Shown here piece after piece: positions 48,712 to 58,347 of a stretch of 64,000 nt of DNA. Below the pieces are notes generated by a model. It was not told the origin of the DNA and searched no databases. It saw only the letters and a program-made list of their open reading frames with translations. The DNA comes from Promethearchaeota archaeon (lineage in GTDB: Archaea > Asgardarchaeota > Lokiarchaeia > Sigyniarchaeales > SOKP01). The stretch covers positions 352,001 to 416,000 of the forward strand of contig JBHLOY010000003.1 of NCBI GenBank assembly GCA_048939995.1. The letters are read 5' to 3'. Position numbers and translations under genes: made by a program. Numbering within the stretch: the first letter of the stretch is position 1; each line of letters begins with the position of its first letter.

Positions 48712-50862
48712 TTATTTCAATTCTAATCTGTTATTACAGTAAGGACAATGGAGAGGAAGTTCCTCATCACATGCTTCCATTTCATCATTACTTAATATAT
48801 TTTTCCAACATACAAGTTTATCTTTTCTTTGGACCATATCACGTCCATGATGTTGTGGGATAATATCTTTTGTCTTACAATTATCACATATAATCAGAGT
48901 TGCCTCACTTTCCAAATCCTCTGTTGAGGCTTCCTTATATTTAAATTTATATCTGAAAATAGTTAGACTGTTAAGTAAAACTAGGAGAGATACCCCCATG
49001 TCCCCTGCTCCTACAGCGAGCCAGAGTGTCATAAAGCCAATAACAGTTAAAATCGCAAATGAAACTTTAACAATTATGGATGTCCAAATATTTTGCTTTA
49101 TTTTTCTATTTGTTTTCTTAGAGATGTCAATATAAGTAAGAATTTTTTTCAAATCATCACCAATAACTATAATGTCAGCAGTTTCTAATGTAATGTCTGT
49201 AGCTGAAGCTCCTATAGCTATTCCTAGATCTGCTAACGCTAAAGCAGGAGCATCATTTATTCCGTCCCCTACCATAGCTATTCCTTTATTTTCCCTTTTT
49301 AGGGCTTTAATTTCTTCTAGTTTTTGATCTGGTAAATGTTCACCATAAGTTTTATCAATATTTAAACAAGATCCAATTGAATTGCACACATTTTGATTAT
49401 CACCGGAAATTAATACAGTTTCATAACCTCTTTTTTTCAAACCATTAATTAGAATTGGAGCAGATATTCTTAATACATCTCTGATAGTAATAATTCCTAA
49501 TAGATGTTGTTGATTTCCTAAAAGTATTGGGATAGTTCCAGAAGTTTCAATATCAGTAATATCCTTGAGAGGAAGATTATATTTTAGTTCTTCCATAAAG
49601 CTTTTACTACCAACGTAAAAAATCTCTCCATTTATCTTTCCCCTTATACCCTTTCCTTTTATTACTTCAAAATCATCAACTGAGTGGAATTCTAAATTCA
49701 TCTCTTTTGCTTGGTTCACTATTGCTTTACCAATTGGGTGTTCTGAAAGAGATTCCAAGCTAGCTGCAATGCTTATTACATCTTGCTTTTTAACATTATT
49801 ATAAGAAAGGATATCAAATATCTTTAATTTACCCTCAGTAAGAGTTCCTGTCTTATCAAATGCGAATATTTTGATATCTTCTAATTTTTCAATAAATTTA
49901 TTCCCCTTGATTAATATACCTTCTCTTGCTTGTTTTGTTAACGAAGCTATATTCGCTAAAGGTGTGGATAGAGTTAGAGCACAAGGGCATGAAACCACAA
50001 GTAATACTAACCCTCGATAGAACCAATCATAAAAATTAAATCCTAATAAAGAGGGAATAATCATAACCAAAATGGATGATAAAAGAACAATAGGTGTATA
50101 ATATTTTGCAAATTTTTCAATAAATTTTTCTTGTTTACTTTTATTTTGTTGAGCAAGCTTCACACTTTCTGCAATTTGTGCTACTATTGTATTAGCACTT
50201 TCTCTTGTTACCTCAATATCGACGAAACTATCTGAATTTAAACTTGCAGCAAACACCTCATTGCCTTCTTTTTTAAAAACCGGTACAGATTCACCAGTAA
50301 TAGCACTTTCATCAAAATATGAACCTCCTTTAATGATGATACCATCTAAAGGGACTTTCATTCCAGGTTTTATCCCAACAATACTTCCAAGTTTTATTTC
50401 TCTTGAAGGAACATTCTTATAGCCATTCTCAGTTTTTAGAAGAGCATCATCAGGGGCAAGTTCAAGTAGTTCTTTAATTGCATTCCTTGATTTTTCAGTA
50501 GTTATTTCTTCTAATCTTTCCGCTATGGCATATAAAAGCAATGCAGTAGCCCCTTCTTGACCGTGAAATATGAAAAAGGAAGCAACACCAGCGATTAACA
50601 TCAATAAATTAGCGGTGATTTTTTTCTCTCTCACATCCTCAATAGCTTCCTTCACAATACCAAAACTCGAAAGAAAAATTGAAGAAACAGCAAGAATTTG
50701 AGCAATTAACACAATTTCAAATGCAAATTCTAAAAAGATTGAAATAGCAAGTAAAATTGCTGAAGGAATAATAAAATACCAAAAATTCCTTTCAAAAAAT
50801 GATTCTCCTTCTTCCTCTTCTTCGATTTCGCAAAGGGATGATGAACATTCTATAGTTGTAAT
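48712..50862 (-). CDS. Heavy-metal P1B-type ATPase (Zn/Cd class) with a C-terminal Cys/His domain; probable start upstream of the called GTG
   Basis: TGES, SCPCAL, DKTGTLT, SEHP, SGDN and GDGINDAP motifs. The frame is open for 50 more codons upstream of 50712, including a TM helix. Confidence 0.9.
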   Translation of the reverse strand: MTTIECSSSLCEIEEEEEGESFFERNFWYFIIPSAILLAISIFLEFAFEIVLIAQILAVSSIFLSSFGIVKEAIEDVREKKITANLLMLIAGVASFFIFHGQEGATALLLYAIAERLEEITTEKSRNAIKELLELAPDDALLKTENGYKNVPSREIKLGSIVGIKPGMKVPLDGIIIKGGSYFDESAITGESVPVFKKEGNEVFAASLNSDSFVDIEVTRESANTIVAQIAESVKLAQQNKSKQEKFIEKFAKYYTPIVLLSSILVMIIPSLLGFNFYDWFYRGLVLLVVSCPCALTLSTPLANIASLTKQAREGILIKGNKFIEKLEDIKIFAFDKTGTLTEGKLKIFDILSYNNVKKQDVISIAASLESLSEHPIGKAIVNQAKEMNLEFHSVDDFEVIKGKGIRGKINGEIFYVGSKSFMEELKYNLPLKDITDIETSGTIPILLGNQQHLLGIITIRDVLRISAPILINGLKKRGYETVLISGDNQNVCNSIGSCLNIDKTYGEHLPDQKLEEIKALKRENKGIAMVGDGINDAPALALADLGIAIGASATDITLETADIIVIGDDLKKILTYIDISKKTNRKIKQNIWTSIIVKVSFAILTVIGFMTLWLAVGAGDMGVSLLVLLNSLTIFRYKFKYKEASTEDLESEATLIICDNCKTKDIIPQHHGRDMVQRKDKLVCWKNILSNDEMEACDEELPLHCPYCNNRLELK

Positions 50863-51037
50863 ACTTCCTCACCTAAGTAGTGATTGGATATCGTTCAATT
50901 AGAACTTAACATTTATTGAGTATAAAAGAATGCATCCAAGTATGAACTTTATTTATGATTTTTTATTTTTATTATTATTTTTAATAAATATGAGGATATA
51001 AAAGAAATTTATAATCTGAGATAATATAAAAATAATG

Positions 51038-52468
51038 CTATCCTTGATTGAGATTCATTGCTAATTTTTTTAAATAATTTCGTTTCTGGAGCAAAATTTC
51101 AATTTGGTCGTTAATTTGCGCTAAATTCATACGTTCTAACATCTTAGCTTCTGAAGCTTTAATTTTTTCCCATTTCGCAAGATTATTAGATAATTCGTAT
51201 TGCTCATTTATTAAGCGTTTAGCTAATCGACTTAAACCATATTTTTCAGCAATATTATGAGCTTTAATTAACAAATTCTGAGCCTCTTCAAACTCAAAAA
51301 TTATTAATTTTAACTTAGCTTGAAATAATAATGCTTCAGCTAGTAGCCAAAATGACTCTTGTTTTTTGGCAATATTTTCTATTTGAATAACATAAGGATG
51401 AATTCTCTCTAATACTTTTAAATCATCAGTTTTACTTAATTCTTCTAAAAATAACTCACATAAGTTTATTAAAGCAAGATATTCAAACTCAACAAAAGTA
51501 CCCTCTTCCTCAATAATTTGCTTGAAAATCTCTTTTGCTTTTAAACGATTGGTGTCTTGAGGTTTCTTCTTTAATAAAATTGCCTTCTTAAGACGATAAT
51601 TATCATCTAGACCTCGAATATTTTCTTGATCTCTAAATACTCTAATCCTGTTTAGGCAGTACTGAGCCTTTTCAATTAAATTTATATTTATGTATAAATC
51701 AAAAAGAGAATCAAGAATATAAGGTGTTTTATAACTGCTAATCTCATCGCATAATAGTAAACTTTGCTCTAAATAACCTAAAGCCTGAGTAAATTCACCT
51801 TTTTGAGACAGAATCAATCCAATGATGTTAAAAGCACCAATAATTTCTTGCTTATTATTTATTTCCTCTGCAGCTGCTAAATAATATTTACTATATTCGA
51901 GAGCAAGGTCAATTTTACCCAAAAGATTATAAGTAGCGGCAAATAGTTTTGTTGCTTGCATTATAAGCTCTTTACTTTTAATTTCTTTAGCGATTGTTGA
52001 GACTTCTTCAGCGTATTTTAAAGAACAATTTAAATCACCCAAACTAAAATAACAGAAACCTTTATTAAGGGCCAAAAATGCGCTTTTCACTTCACATTCT
52101 ATCGAAGATTCTTGAATGATCGTGTGAAGTATTTGTTCGGCTTTTTCAATGATCTTAAACGCTATATTTACATCTTCCCCTCTTAGAAACGAACTCTTGA
52201 GAAGGAGAACATCAATAATTTGAAGTTTATTTTTTAATTTTTGACTCTCTCTATAAGCTAGTTCAATATATTTTAGAATTTCATTGGATTTTGAAGGTCC
52301 AAGTTCTAAAAGGAGACAAGCCTTTAAATAATAACAATCAAATTTTTCTTGGTCAGTTAGATCTTGGTCTTTTTCAAGCTCATCTACAATTCGAAGAGCT
52401 TCATTAAATTTAAATTCTTCAATCAACTTTTTTGTATTGAAAAAGTCTTTTCTATATAAATATAACAT
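51038..52468 (-). CDS. Tetratricopeptide repeat protein
   Basis: TPR-like repeats, e.g. AFNIIGLILSQKGEFTQALGYLEQSL. Confidence 0.85.
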   Translation of the reverse strand: MLYLYRKDFFNTKKLIEEFKFNEALRIVDELEKDQDLTDQEKFDCYYLKACLLLELGPSKSNEILKYIELAYRESQKLKNKLQIIDVLLLKSSFLRGEDVNIAFKIIEKAEQILHTIIQESSIECEVKSAFLALNKGFCYFSLGDLNCSLKYAEEVSTIAKEIKSKELIMQATKLFAATYNLLGKIDLALEYSKYYLAAAEEINNKQEIIGAFNIIGLILSQKGEFTQALGYLEQSLLLCDEISSYKTPYILDSLFDLYININLIEKAQYCLNRIRVFRDQENIRGLDDNYRLKKAILLKKKPQDTNRLKAKEIFKQIIEEEGTFVEFEYLALINLCELFLEELSKTDDLKVLERIHPYVIQIENIAKKQESFWLLAEALLFQAKLKLIIFEFEEAQNLLIKAHNIAEKYGLSRLAKRLINEQYELSNNLAKWEKIKASEAKMLERMNLAQINDQIEILLQKRNYLKKLAMNLNQG

Positions 52469-52657
52469 TTATTTTGACCTTAATGATCTTTCATCCAATT
52501 CTTATTTTTTTAATTCTCTTGATTTCGTTTTTTTATTACAAATACAATAGTTAGGGGTAAAAATATGTCAAAATATACAAAAGGCTCTTCAGTATTTAAA
52601 TCTTGTTCTATATATAATTTATTTAAAACGAGAAAAAAATTGAATTGAATAAAAATA

Positions 52658-53404
52658 TTAACCTGGAGTGTTTTTGATTAATGGTTCTAATTTAAATACT
52701 ATTTGTTCATCTAATCGAGCTCGTTTAATTTTTCTTCTTAATTCAAATAGAGCAGCTAAGGGTAAAGACATATCAAAATATACAAAAGCCTCTTTAGTAT
52801 TTAATTCTTCTTCCATAGCTAATCTATGTAGTTTTAAAACATATTCAGAACGTAAATCCATGAATTTTTGAGCCCTCTTTTTGTCAAAGTATAAAAAGAC
52901 TGGCTCGTCTATATATGATAAATACTCATCATAGGTATTTTTAGCTTTCTTAAGATCTCCTAATTGGTTTTGAAGTAGATCTAACAATGGATCTAAATAA
53001 TCAAGTAACTGGGTAATATTATAACCTATATATCTGTAATTTTTGATCTCTCTTTTAAAAAATTGTTTAAGTTTCTGAGGATCGCCCGAAAGATCTATCT
53101 CATCAAATTCTAAATCCTGCTCTTTAAACTTTGGATTAATTTGAAAAATCTTTGGGGGGATCCTCCCTTTAATATCTGTTTCTCCAGCCCTCGATACAAG
53201 AAGTCCATCTTTTTCCATTAACTTAAGATGTCTCGCAACAGTTGATTTACTGTGCTCTATATAGTGAGTAATTTGAGTTACATTTAACTCTTTATGAAGC
53301 TCAAGGATAGCCCATATCTCGAATCGTAATTTATGTTTAGCTATTAATTGATCCCATTTCTCTCCAAAAGTATCATGTTTTTCATCATTCAATTGATCTT
53401 TCAT
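52658..53404 (-). CDS. ArsR-like winged-helix transcriptional regulator
   Basis: RFEIWAIL...LNVTQI...SKSTVARHLKLMEKDGLL. Confidence 0.82.
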   Translation of the reverse strand: MKDQLNDEKHDTFGEKWDQLIAKHKLRFEIWAILELHKELNVTQITHYIEHSKSTVARHLKLMEKDGLLVSRAGETDIKGRIPPKIFQINPKFKEQDLEFDEIDLSGDPQKLKQFFKREIKNYRYIGYNITQLLDYLDPLLDLLQNQLGDLKKAKNTYDEYLSYIDEPVFLYFDKKRAQKFMDLRSEYVLKLHRLAMEEELNTKEAFVYFDMSLPLAALFELRRKIKRARLDEQIVFKLEPLIKNTPG

Positions 53405-53706
53405 ACCCCTTTTCTAATTAAGTGTTAAAGTTTTCCTTAAGTCTTAATTATTTCCTTTAGTATTACTTTCTTTTAATAATATTCTTAAAAATTCAAATTA
53501 AAGTTCAAAAAACGTTCTTAAATTTTATCTCTTTAATATATATATTTCTTATATATATAAATATTTGATCATAACATTTAAATATAAAACGTTCTATTCA
53601 TATGATATTATGGCACGTCAATATTTTTAAACTATAAAAAAATGAAAGAAGATGTCATAATTTTAGAGAAAAAAATTTGAAAACAAAATTTAGAGTTGAA
53701 AAATAA

Positions 53707-54444
53707 ATGAATAGTTCTAAAATAATACCCAAATTAATAGTACTTACGACAGTAGGAATTCTTATTTGTAGCTTCATACCTATAGTTATTGCAAGTGAAG
53801 GAAAAGGAAGGATAACCACTAGACCAATAGAAGATTGGCTGATCCCTAATAATAGTGATATTGATCTTGCTGTAGGGGGATGGTTGGATTTTGAGACTTG
53901 GTTAGTTATTTGGCCTCATCTTGTTGATCCAGCGGCATTCCTGAACCCACCTACTCCAAGTTGTATGCCAATATTAAGTTGTTCTTATACTGGCTTCATA
54001 CTTCAACGAGAACTCAACGATAATAAACTCTCGATCACTATAAACTTACATGTTGAGGATGTTCCTTTTTATGTCTGCCTAAACCCACTTACACCGATAT
54101 TTAATGGAGATATGGATTATACATATCATTTCAAATTCTTAATTGACTTAAACTTGTATCCTGAGTTTCTATTTGATGAGTTTGGAAATGTAATGTTTGC
54201 TCCATGGTATATGTATGTTTATTTTCCAGATATGATGGGGACTGAATTAGTTTCAATCCATTTAAATGGTGAGGGAGAAGGTTCCTTTTTGGAATCATGG
54301 AACTCATGGGAAGCGGGAGACATAGGGAAAATGAAAGTGAATAACATCTTGCTTATAAAGGATGATTTTAAACAAGATCACCCTAATTATAATCTATATG
54401 GTTTGAACGAGCTATTACCAGTAGCTTTCATTTTCTTACATTAA
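53707..54444 (+). CDS. Hypothetical secreted protein
   Basis: N-terminal signal peptide; divergent from the ArsR-like gene. Confidence 0.7.
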   Translation: MNSSKIIPKLIVLTTVGILICSFIPIVIASEGKGRITTRPIEDWLIPNNSDIDLAVGGWLDFETWLVIWPHLVDPAAFLNPPTPSCMPILSCSYTGFILQRELNDNKLSITINLHVEDVPFYVCLNPLTPIFNGDMDYTYHFKFLIDLNLYPEFLFDEFGNVMFAPWYMYVYFPDMMGTELVSIHLNGEGEGSFLESWNSWEAGDIGKMKVNNILLIKDDFKQDHPNYNLYGLNELLPVAFIFLH

Positions 54445-54491
54445 AAGTCTGAAAAGAATAATAGGAGAGGGTTGGAATCTCTAAATAAAAG

Positions 54492-54569
54492 TATAGAATA
54501 AGGAGGATATTGTTTAGATAATTGGCTTCTCGAAAACCACACCTAAACTCATATTCCTCCAATTCTATA
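54492..54569. terminator. Long imperfect inverted repeat between convergent genes
   Basis: TATAGAAT/ATTCTATA, GGAGGA/TCCTCC, GTTTAG/CTAAAC and TGG/CCA nested arms, followed by T-runs. Confidence 0.55.
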
Positions 54570-54620
54570 TATCTTTTTTTTCCTTTTTATTATTTGCTAA
54601 AAAAAAAAAATTAATTAGCA

Positions 54621-55514
54621 TTATTTTATAATATACACTAGTTTTTGACCTTCTTGTTCCTCAAGATTTAGTTTACGTCTTATTGCATTTCTTACCAAGT
54701 ATCCCCCAACATGCAAAATCGAATCTTTTAATATAGGATCTTGTTCCATTGAGGCATTACAAGGATAGGCATGGTGAGCCTTACTTATCCTTTCGTTTAA
54801 TGAAAGGTCTCCACTCTCTCCATTTTTAAAATACTTTGCTTTTAATTGCTGGCAAACGTAATATGTACTTCCACATGGAGCGCTTTGAATAACACACGTA
54901 TCATCTATCGATTCTTCGTCTTTACTTAATAGAAATGAGACAATAGGTTCACCAATTTTAAAATAATCTATGAACTCATAAATAAGATTGTGAGTTTCAG
55001 TTAAATGAAAGCCAAATTTATTATATTGATTTACTTCTTTACTTAATGAGCAAAAAGGCTTGGGAAAGGCGGCTTGAATCCCACATTTCTCAAACTCTTC
55101 CAGAACTTGAACCTGTAGTCCAGCAGGCACCCATTTTGGATCTTCTATTGGAACAATTACTGCTTTTATTCCCTTATTTTTAAGATAAGGGGGAAGACCA
55201 GAGAGTAAGTCTTGATGGATTCCTACAACCATTAAAAAATCGACAGGAGGTAAATTTTCTGGTAAGTAATTTTCTGGTTCTTCAATGAATTCAGGTACAT
55301 TTTGGCCGATTTTTTCATAAAAATAGATTGAACTTGAATAATTCGTTAAATGCTCACGGCATTTATCGCATTTTACGTTTTGTTCCAACACTTCACAAGC
55401 TTTACAAAAATCCTCATGGTTAATAAGATTTCCAACAAACTTTTGAGTTAGCATTTCTGTGTCTGGATTGGTTCCGTAAAATATTCCAAGAGTATAATGT
55501 TTGTCAGCCATCAC
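54621..55514 (-). CDS. DUF166-family protein
   Basis: FIEEP...LP, PKPFCSL, SAPCGST, HHAYPCNASM and LHVGG motifs. Confidence 0.75.
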   Translation of the reverse strand: MMADKHYTLGIFYGTNPDTEMLTQKFVGNLINHEDFCKACEVLEQNVKCDKCREHLTNYSSSIYFYEKIGQNVPEFIEEPENYLPENLPPVDFLMVVGIHQDLLSGLPPYLKNKGIKAVIVPIEDPKWVPAGLQVQVLEEFEKCGIQAAFPKPFCSLSKEVNQYNKFGFHLTETHNLIYEFIDYFKIGEPIVSFLLSKDEESIDDTCVIQSAPCGSTYYVCQQLKAKYFKNGESGDLSLNERISKAHHAYPCNASMEQDPILKDSILHVGGYLVRNAIRRKLNLEEQEGQKLVYIIK

Positions 55515-55732
55515 GTACTATATTAATCCTTAATTTTTATCTGTGATTCTAATAATCTAAAACTTTTATAATTTTTAACCCGAACATCTTCATATCATAA
55601 TGTTAAAAAAACTTTCTAGAAAAAAAAAGAAGAAGAGGGAATTCATTTAAGAATATAATTTAAATATCATATAAGTTATGCTTCACATATAAGACCATAT
55701 TTTAATAAGCAGCTAATTAGCGATAATAAGAA

Positions 55733-56569
55733 ATGGAAATATTAGAAATAAGGAAGCGATTAATCATTGATTTAAGGGAAGATATTCCAGAATTAGTGGA
55801 CAAATTCAATCATTTTATCTTAAAAAAACTACCCAGTAGAAGAAATTCTGTTTTAAATATAGTGTTTAACCGTAATACTGACCGTTTTCCTAAAGAGTTC
55901 ATCATTAAACTGTTTAAAACTGAAAATTTCAAAAATGAATACAATACCCTAAATAGTTTAGCAGAACAGAAATTACTGATTCCTAAAATTATTTTTTATA
56001 AAGCACCATATTTATTTTTAGAGAAAATCCCTGGTATAAATTTATGTGATTTCATTAATGATAGTTTGCGTAATGTAGTAAGTTTAGATGATTTAGAGAG
56101 AGAATCTAAAAAGGAAATTTTTAGGAGTTTAGAAAGATTAGCTTCCTGGTTAGCTCAATTACATAAAACTAATAAATCTGATGATTCTAGCAATTCTGAA
56201 ATTATCGTTTTAAATAAAGGGGATACGCGATTGAGAGATTTTATTTACAATATTGAAGAGGATAAAATAACTGGATTAGATTTTGAAGATTCTTATTATG
56301 GAAATCATTTAAATGATATTGCGTGGATTTGCTGTGCATTACTTGACACAAATCCGGGTATTTTCGAATTAGATGATCCCAAATTAAAAATTGACCTTTT
56401 TAATTTCTTTTTAAAAAGTTACTACAAAATAAATAAAAATTTCCAATTTAATTATAACTATTTTGCCGGCCAATTAATTGAAGATCTTAATCTTGTAATG
56501 AGAAGGAGAAATATTAATTTGACTCTTGATAAGACATACTTTATTAAGGAGATTTCGAAAGAAATCTAA
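55733..56569 (+). CDS. Protein-kinase-like (APH/RIO-type) phosphotransferase
   Basis: IIKLF...E, LEKIPG, WLAQLH, KGDTRLRDF and GLDFED motifs. Confidence 0.75.
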   Translation: MEILEIRKRLIIDLREDIPELVDKFNHFILKKLPSRRNSVLNIVFNRNTDRFPKEFIIKLFKTENFKNEYNTLNSLAEQKLLIPKIIFYKAPYLFLEKIPGINLCDFINDSLRNVVSLDDLERESKKEIFRSLERLASWLAQLHKTNKSDDSSNSEIIVLNKGDTRLRDFIYNIEEDKITGLDFEDSYYGNHLNDIAWICCALLDTNPGIFELDDPKLKIDLFNFFLKSYYKINKNFQFNYNYFAGQLIEDLNLVMRRRNINLTLDKTYFIKEISKEI

Positions 56570-56694
56570 TAGCTCTTCTTATAATCGTCTATATAAATAA
56601 GATTTGGTAAGTAGATTAGTATAAATATATAAAATTTTATCTATAATACATCAAATTTAATTAACTATATTCCAAAATTATAGGAGATTTAATA

Positions 56695-57447
56695 ATGAGC
56701 AACCCATTATTGGACACAAAAACCTCGTTAAAGAAAATGATATCTAACGTCGATTATTTAGAGAGTCTAAATAAAGATTATATCCCCAAATTAAAAGAAT
56801 TACCAACCAATTTACTAGAGGCAATTCAAAAACTTGAAGATGAAAAATCCAAAATATTAAAGATGATTGATAATAATTTAGTTGAAATTGATTCATATAA
56901 AAATAAAATATCTGAAAGTCAGAGAGATGTATCAAAACTCGAGGATTTTAACTCAGAATTGTCTCAACAGCGTCAAAACCTTATTGATAAAATACAAATC
57001 AAGCAAACTGAATTAAAGCAAACAAAAGATAAAATTAGAGAAAAAAATGAAGAATTTTCAAATCGTACGAAAAGATTGAGTGACTTAGAGGATAAAATTA
57101 ATGATTTATCTAGAGATCTAAGTCAGTTGGATGATAACCTAAAGGAGATTGAAAGAGATCTGGAAAATACTTTTCTTAAGAAAGAAAGACAAGTCCAGAA
57201 TTTTGGCTATCGCGTACAGGGAATGAAAATTCTAATTAATAAGAAGTATATTAACTCATCATTATATCAGTTCATAAGAGCATTACAGGTAGGAAGCACA
57301 TTAGATTTGAAGAACATCTTATTAGCAATCGATATGAGGGAAGATCAAGCAATAAAGATTCTTAATAAAATGTTAGACGAAAATGGTCCGATTGAATTCG
57401 ATTCTACAACTGGGACAGTGAAATTAAAACAGGAGGTGGACTTCTGA
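56695..57447 (+). CDS. Coiled-coil protein with a C-terminal winged-helix-like domain
   Basis: Heptad-rich central region; tail LDLKNILLAIDMREDQAIKILNKM...IEFDSTTGTVKL. Confidence 0.75.
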   Translation: MSNPLLDTKTSLKKMISNVDYLESLNKDYIPKLKELPTNLLEAIQKLEDEKSKILKMIDNNLVEIDSYKNKISESQRDVSKLEDFNSELSQQRQNLIDKIQIKQTELKQTKDKIREKNEEFSNRTKRLSDLEDKINDLSRDLSQLDDNLKEIERDLENTFLKKERQVQNFGYRVQGMKILINKKYINSSLYQFIRALQVGSTLDLKNILLAIDMREDQAIKILNKMLDENGPIEFDSTTGTVKLKQEVDF

Positions 57448-58184
57448 TGAGTTCGTATTTAAAAAATGTATTTGGTTTGATTGAAACTCTCGAAAAATCC
57501 TTGGATGGATACCGCCAGTATTTTCAAGAAACTCACGAAACATTAACCCAAGATTTGGGTACTAGCTGGAAAAGAATGAAAGATGAGCAAAAAGAAATTG
57601 AAGATCTCGAAGCTGTTGTCCGTTCTCAAAATTCCGAAATTACGGAATTAAAGCTTAAATCTGATGAATTATCCAAAAAAATTGAGGAACTACAAAACAC
57701 TAAAACTGAATTAACATCAAAAATTTCTGAATTAAATAGTTCTTTAGAAAAGGTAACTGATGACCTTAAAACACCTCAACTAGAATTAGACAATTTAAGG
57801 TCAAAGCTTAATTCTTTAAATCAAAAAATTACGACGAAAGAAGATGAAAAATCAGCAATGGAACAGGAAAAGCTAGATTATCAGAACCGCGAGAATTACC
57901 TTAAAACCATATATTCTGAAGAAAAGATGGCAGATCTGAACAGAAAATTATCTCAATTAAAAAGAAATAATTTCTTTACTTCCTTTTTAATTGAAAATTC
58001 AGAAGAAGAGATTTCAGAAGTTGATATAATCGCTACTATTATGACTCAAGGGAGTGTAAATCTTGATGAACTTAAAAAGTTACTTGACGTTCCTCCAATT
58101 ATGGCAGTGAGGACTATCAAACAACTGGCAGTTGCTGGTATTATAAATCTAGATGAAAATACTAATATAATCACTATGCCATAA
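57447..58184 (+). CDS. Coiled-coil protein with a C-terminal winged-helix-like domain
   Basis: Same architecture; tail VNLDELKKLLDVPPIMAVRTIKQLAVAGIINLD; TGATG stop/start overlap with an internal GGAGGTGG RBS. Confidence 0.75.
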   Translation: MSSYLKNVFGLIETLEKSLDGYRQYFQETHETLTQDLGTSWKRMKDEQKEIEDLEAVVRSQNSEITELKLKSDELSKKIEELQNTKTELTSKISELNSSLEKVTDDLKTPQLELDNLRSKLNSLNQKITTKEDEKSAMEQEKLDYQNRENYLKTIYSEEKMADLNRKLSQLKRNNFFTSFLIENSEEEISEVDIIATIMTQGSVNLDELKKLLDVPPIMAVRTIKQLAVAGIINLDENTNIITMP

Positions 58185-58347
58185 TCAAATTTTTCAATCT
58201 TATTTATTCTTTTTACGTTTTAATTCTTTTTTAATAGGTTTTTAAAATTACAAATATAAAAAATGGCGTTATGTTTTACCGGTAATAACGTTTAAATTTG
58301 AGGCAAATTTTGCATTAATATAAATTAATCAAAATTTTTGAAAAAAA

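Noticed and set aside
47094-54600. Integrated mobile element at tRNA-Leu
   Set aside because: No integrase or transposase, and no convincing duplicate of the tRNA 3' end; only a variable-looking gene set.
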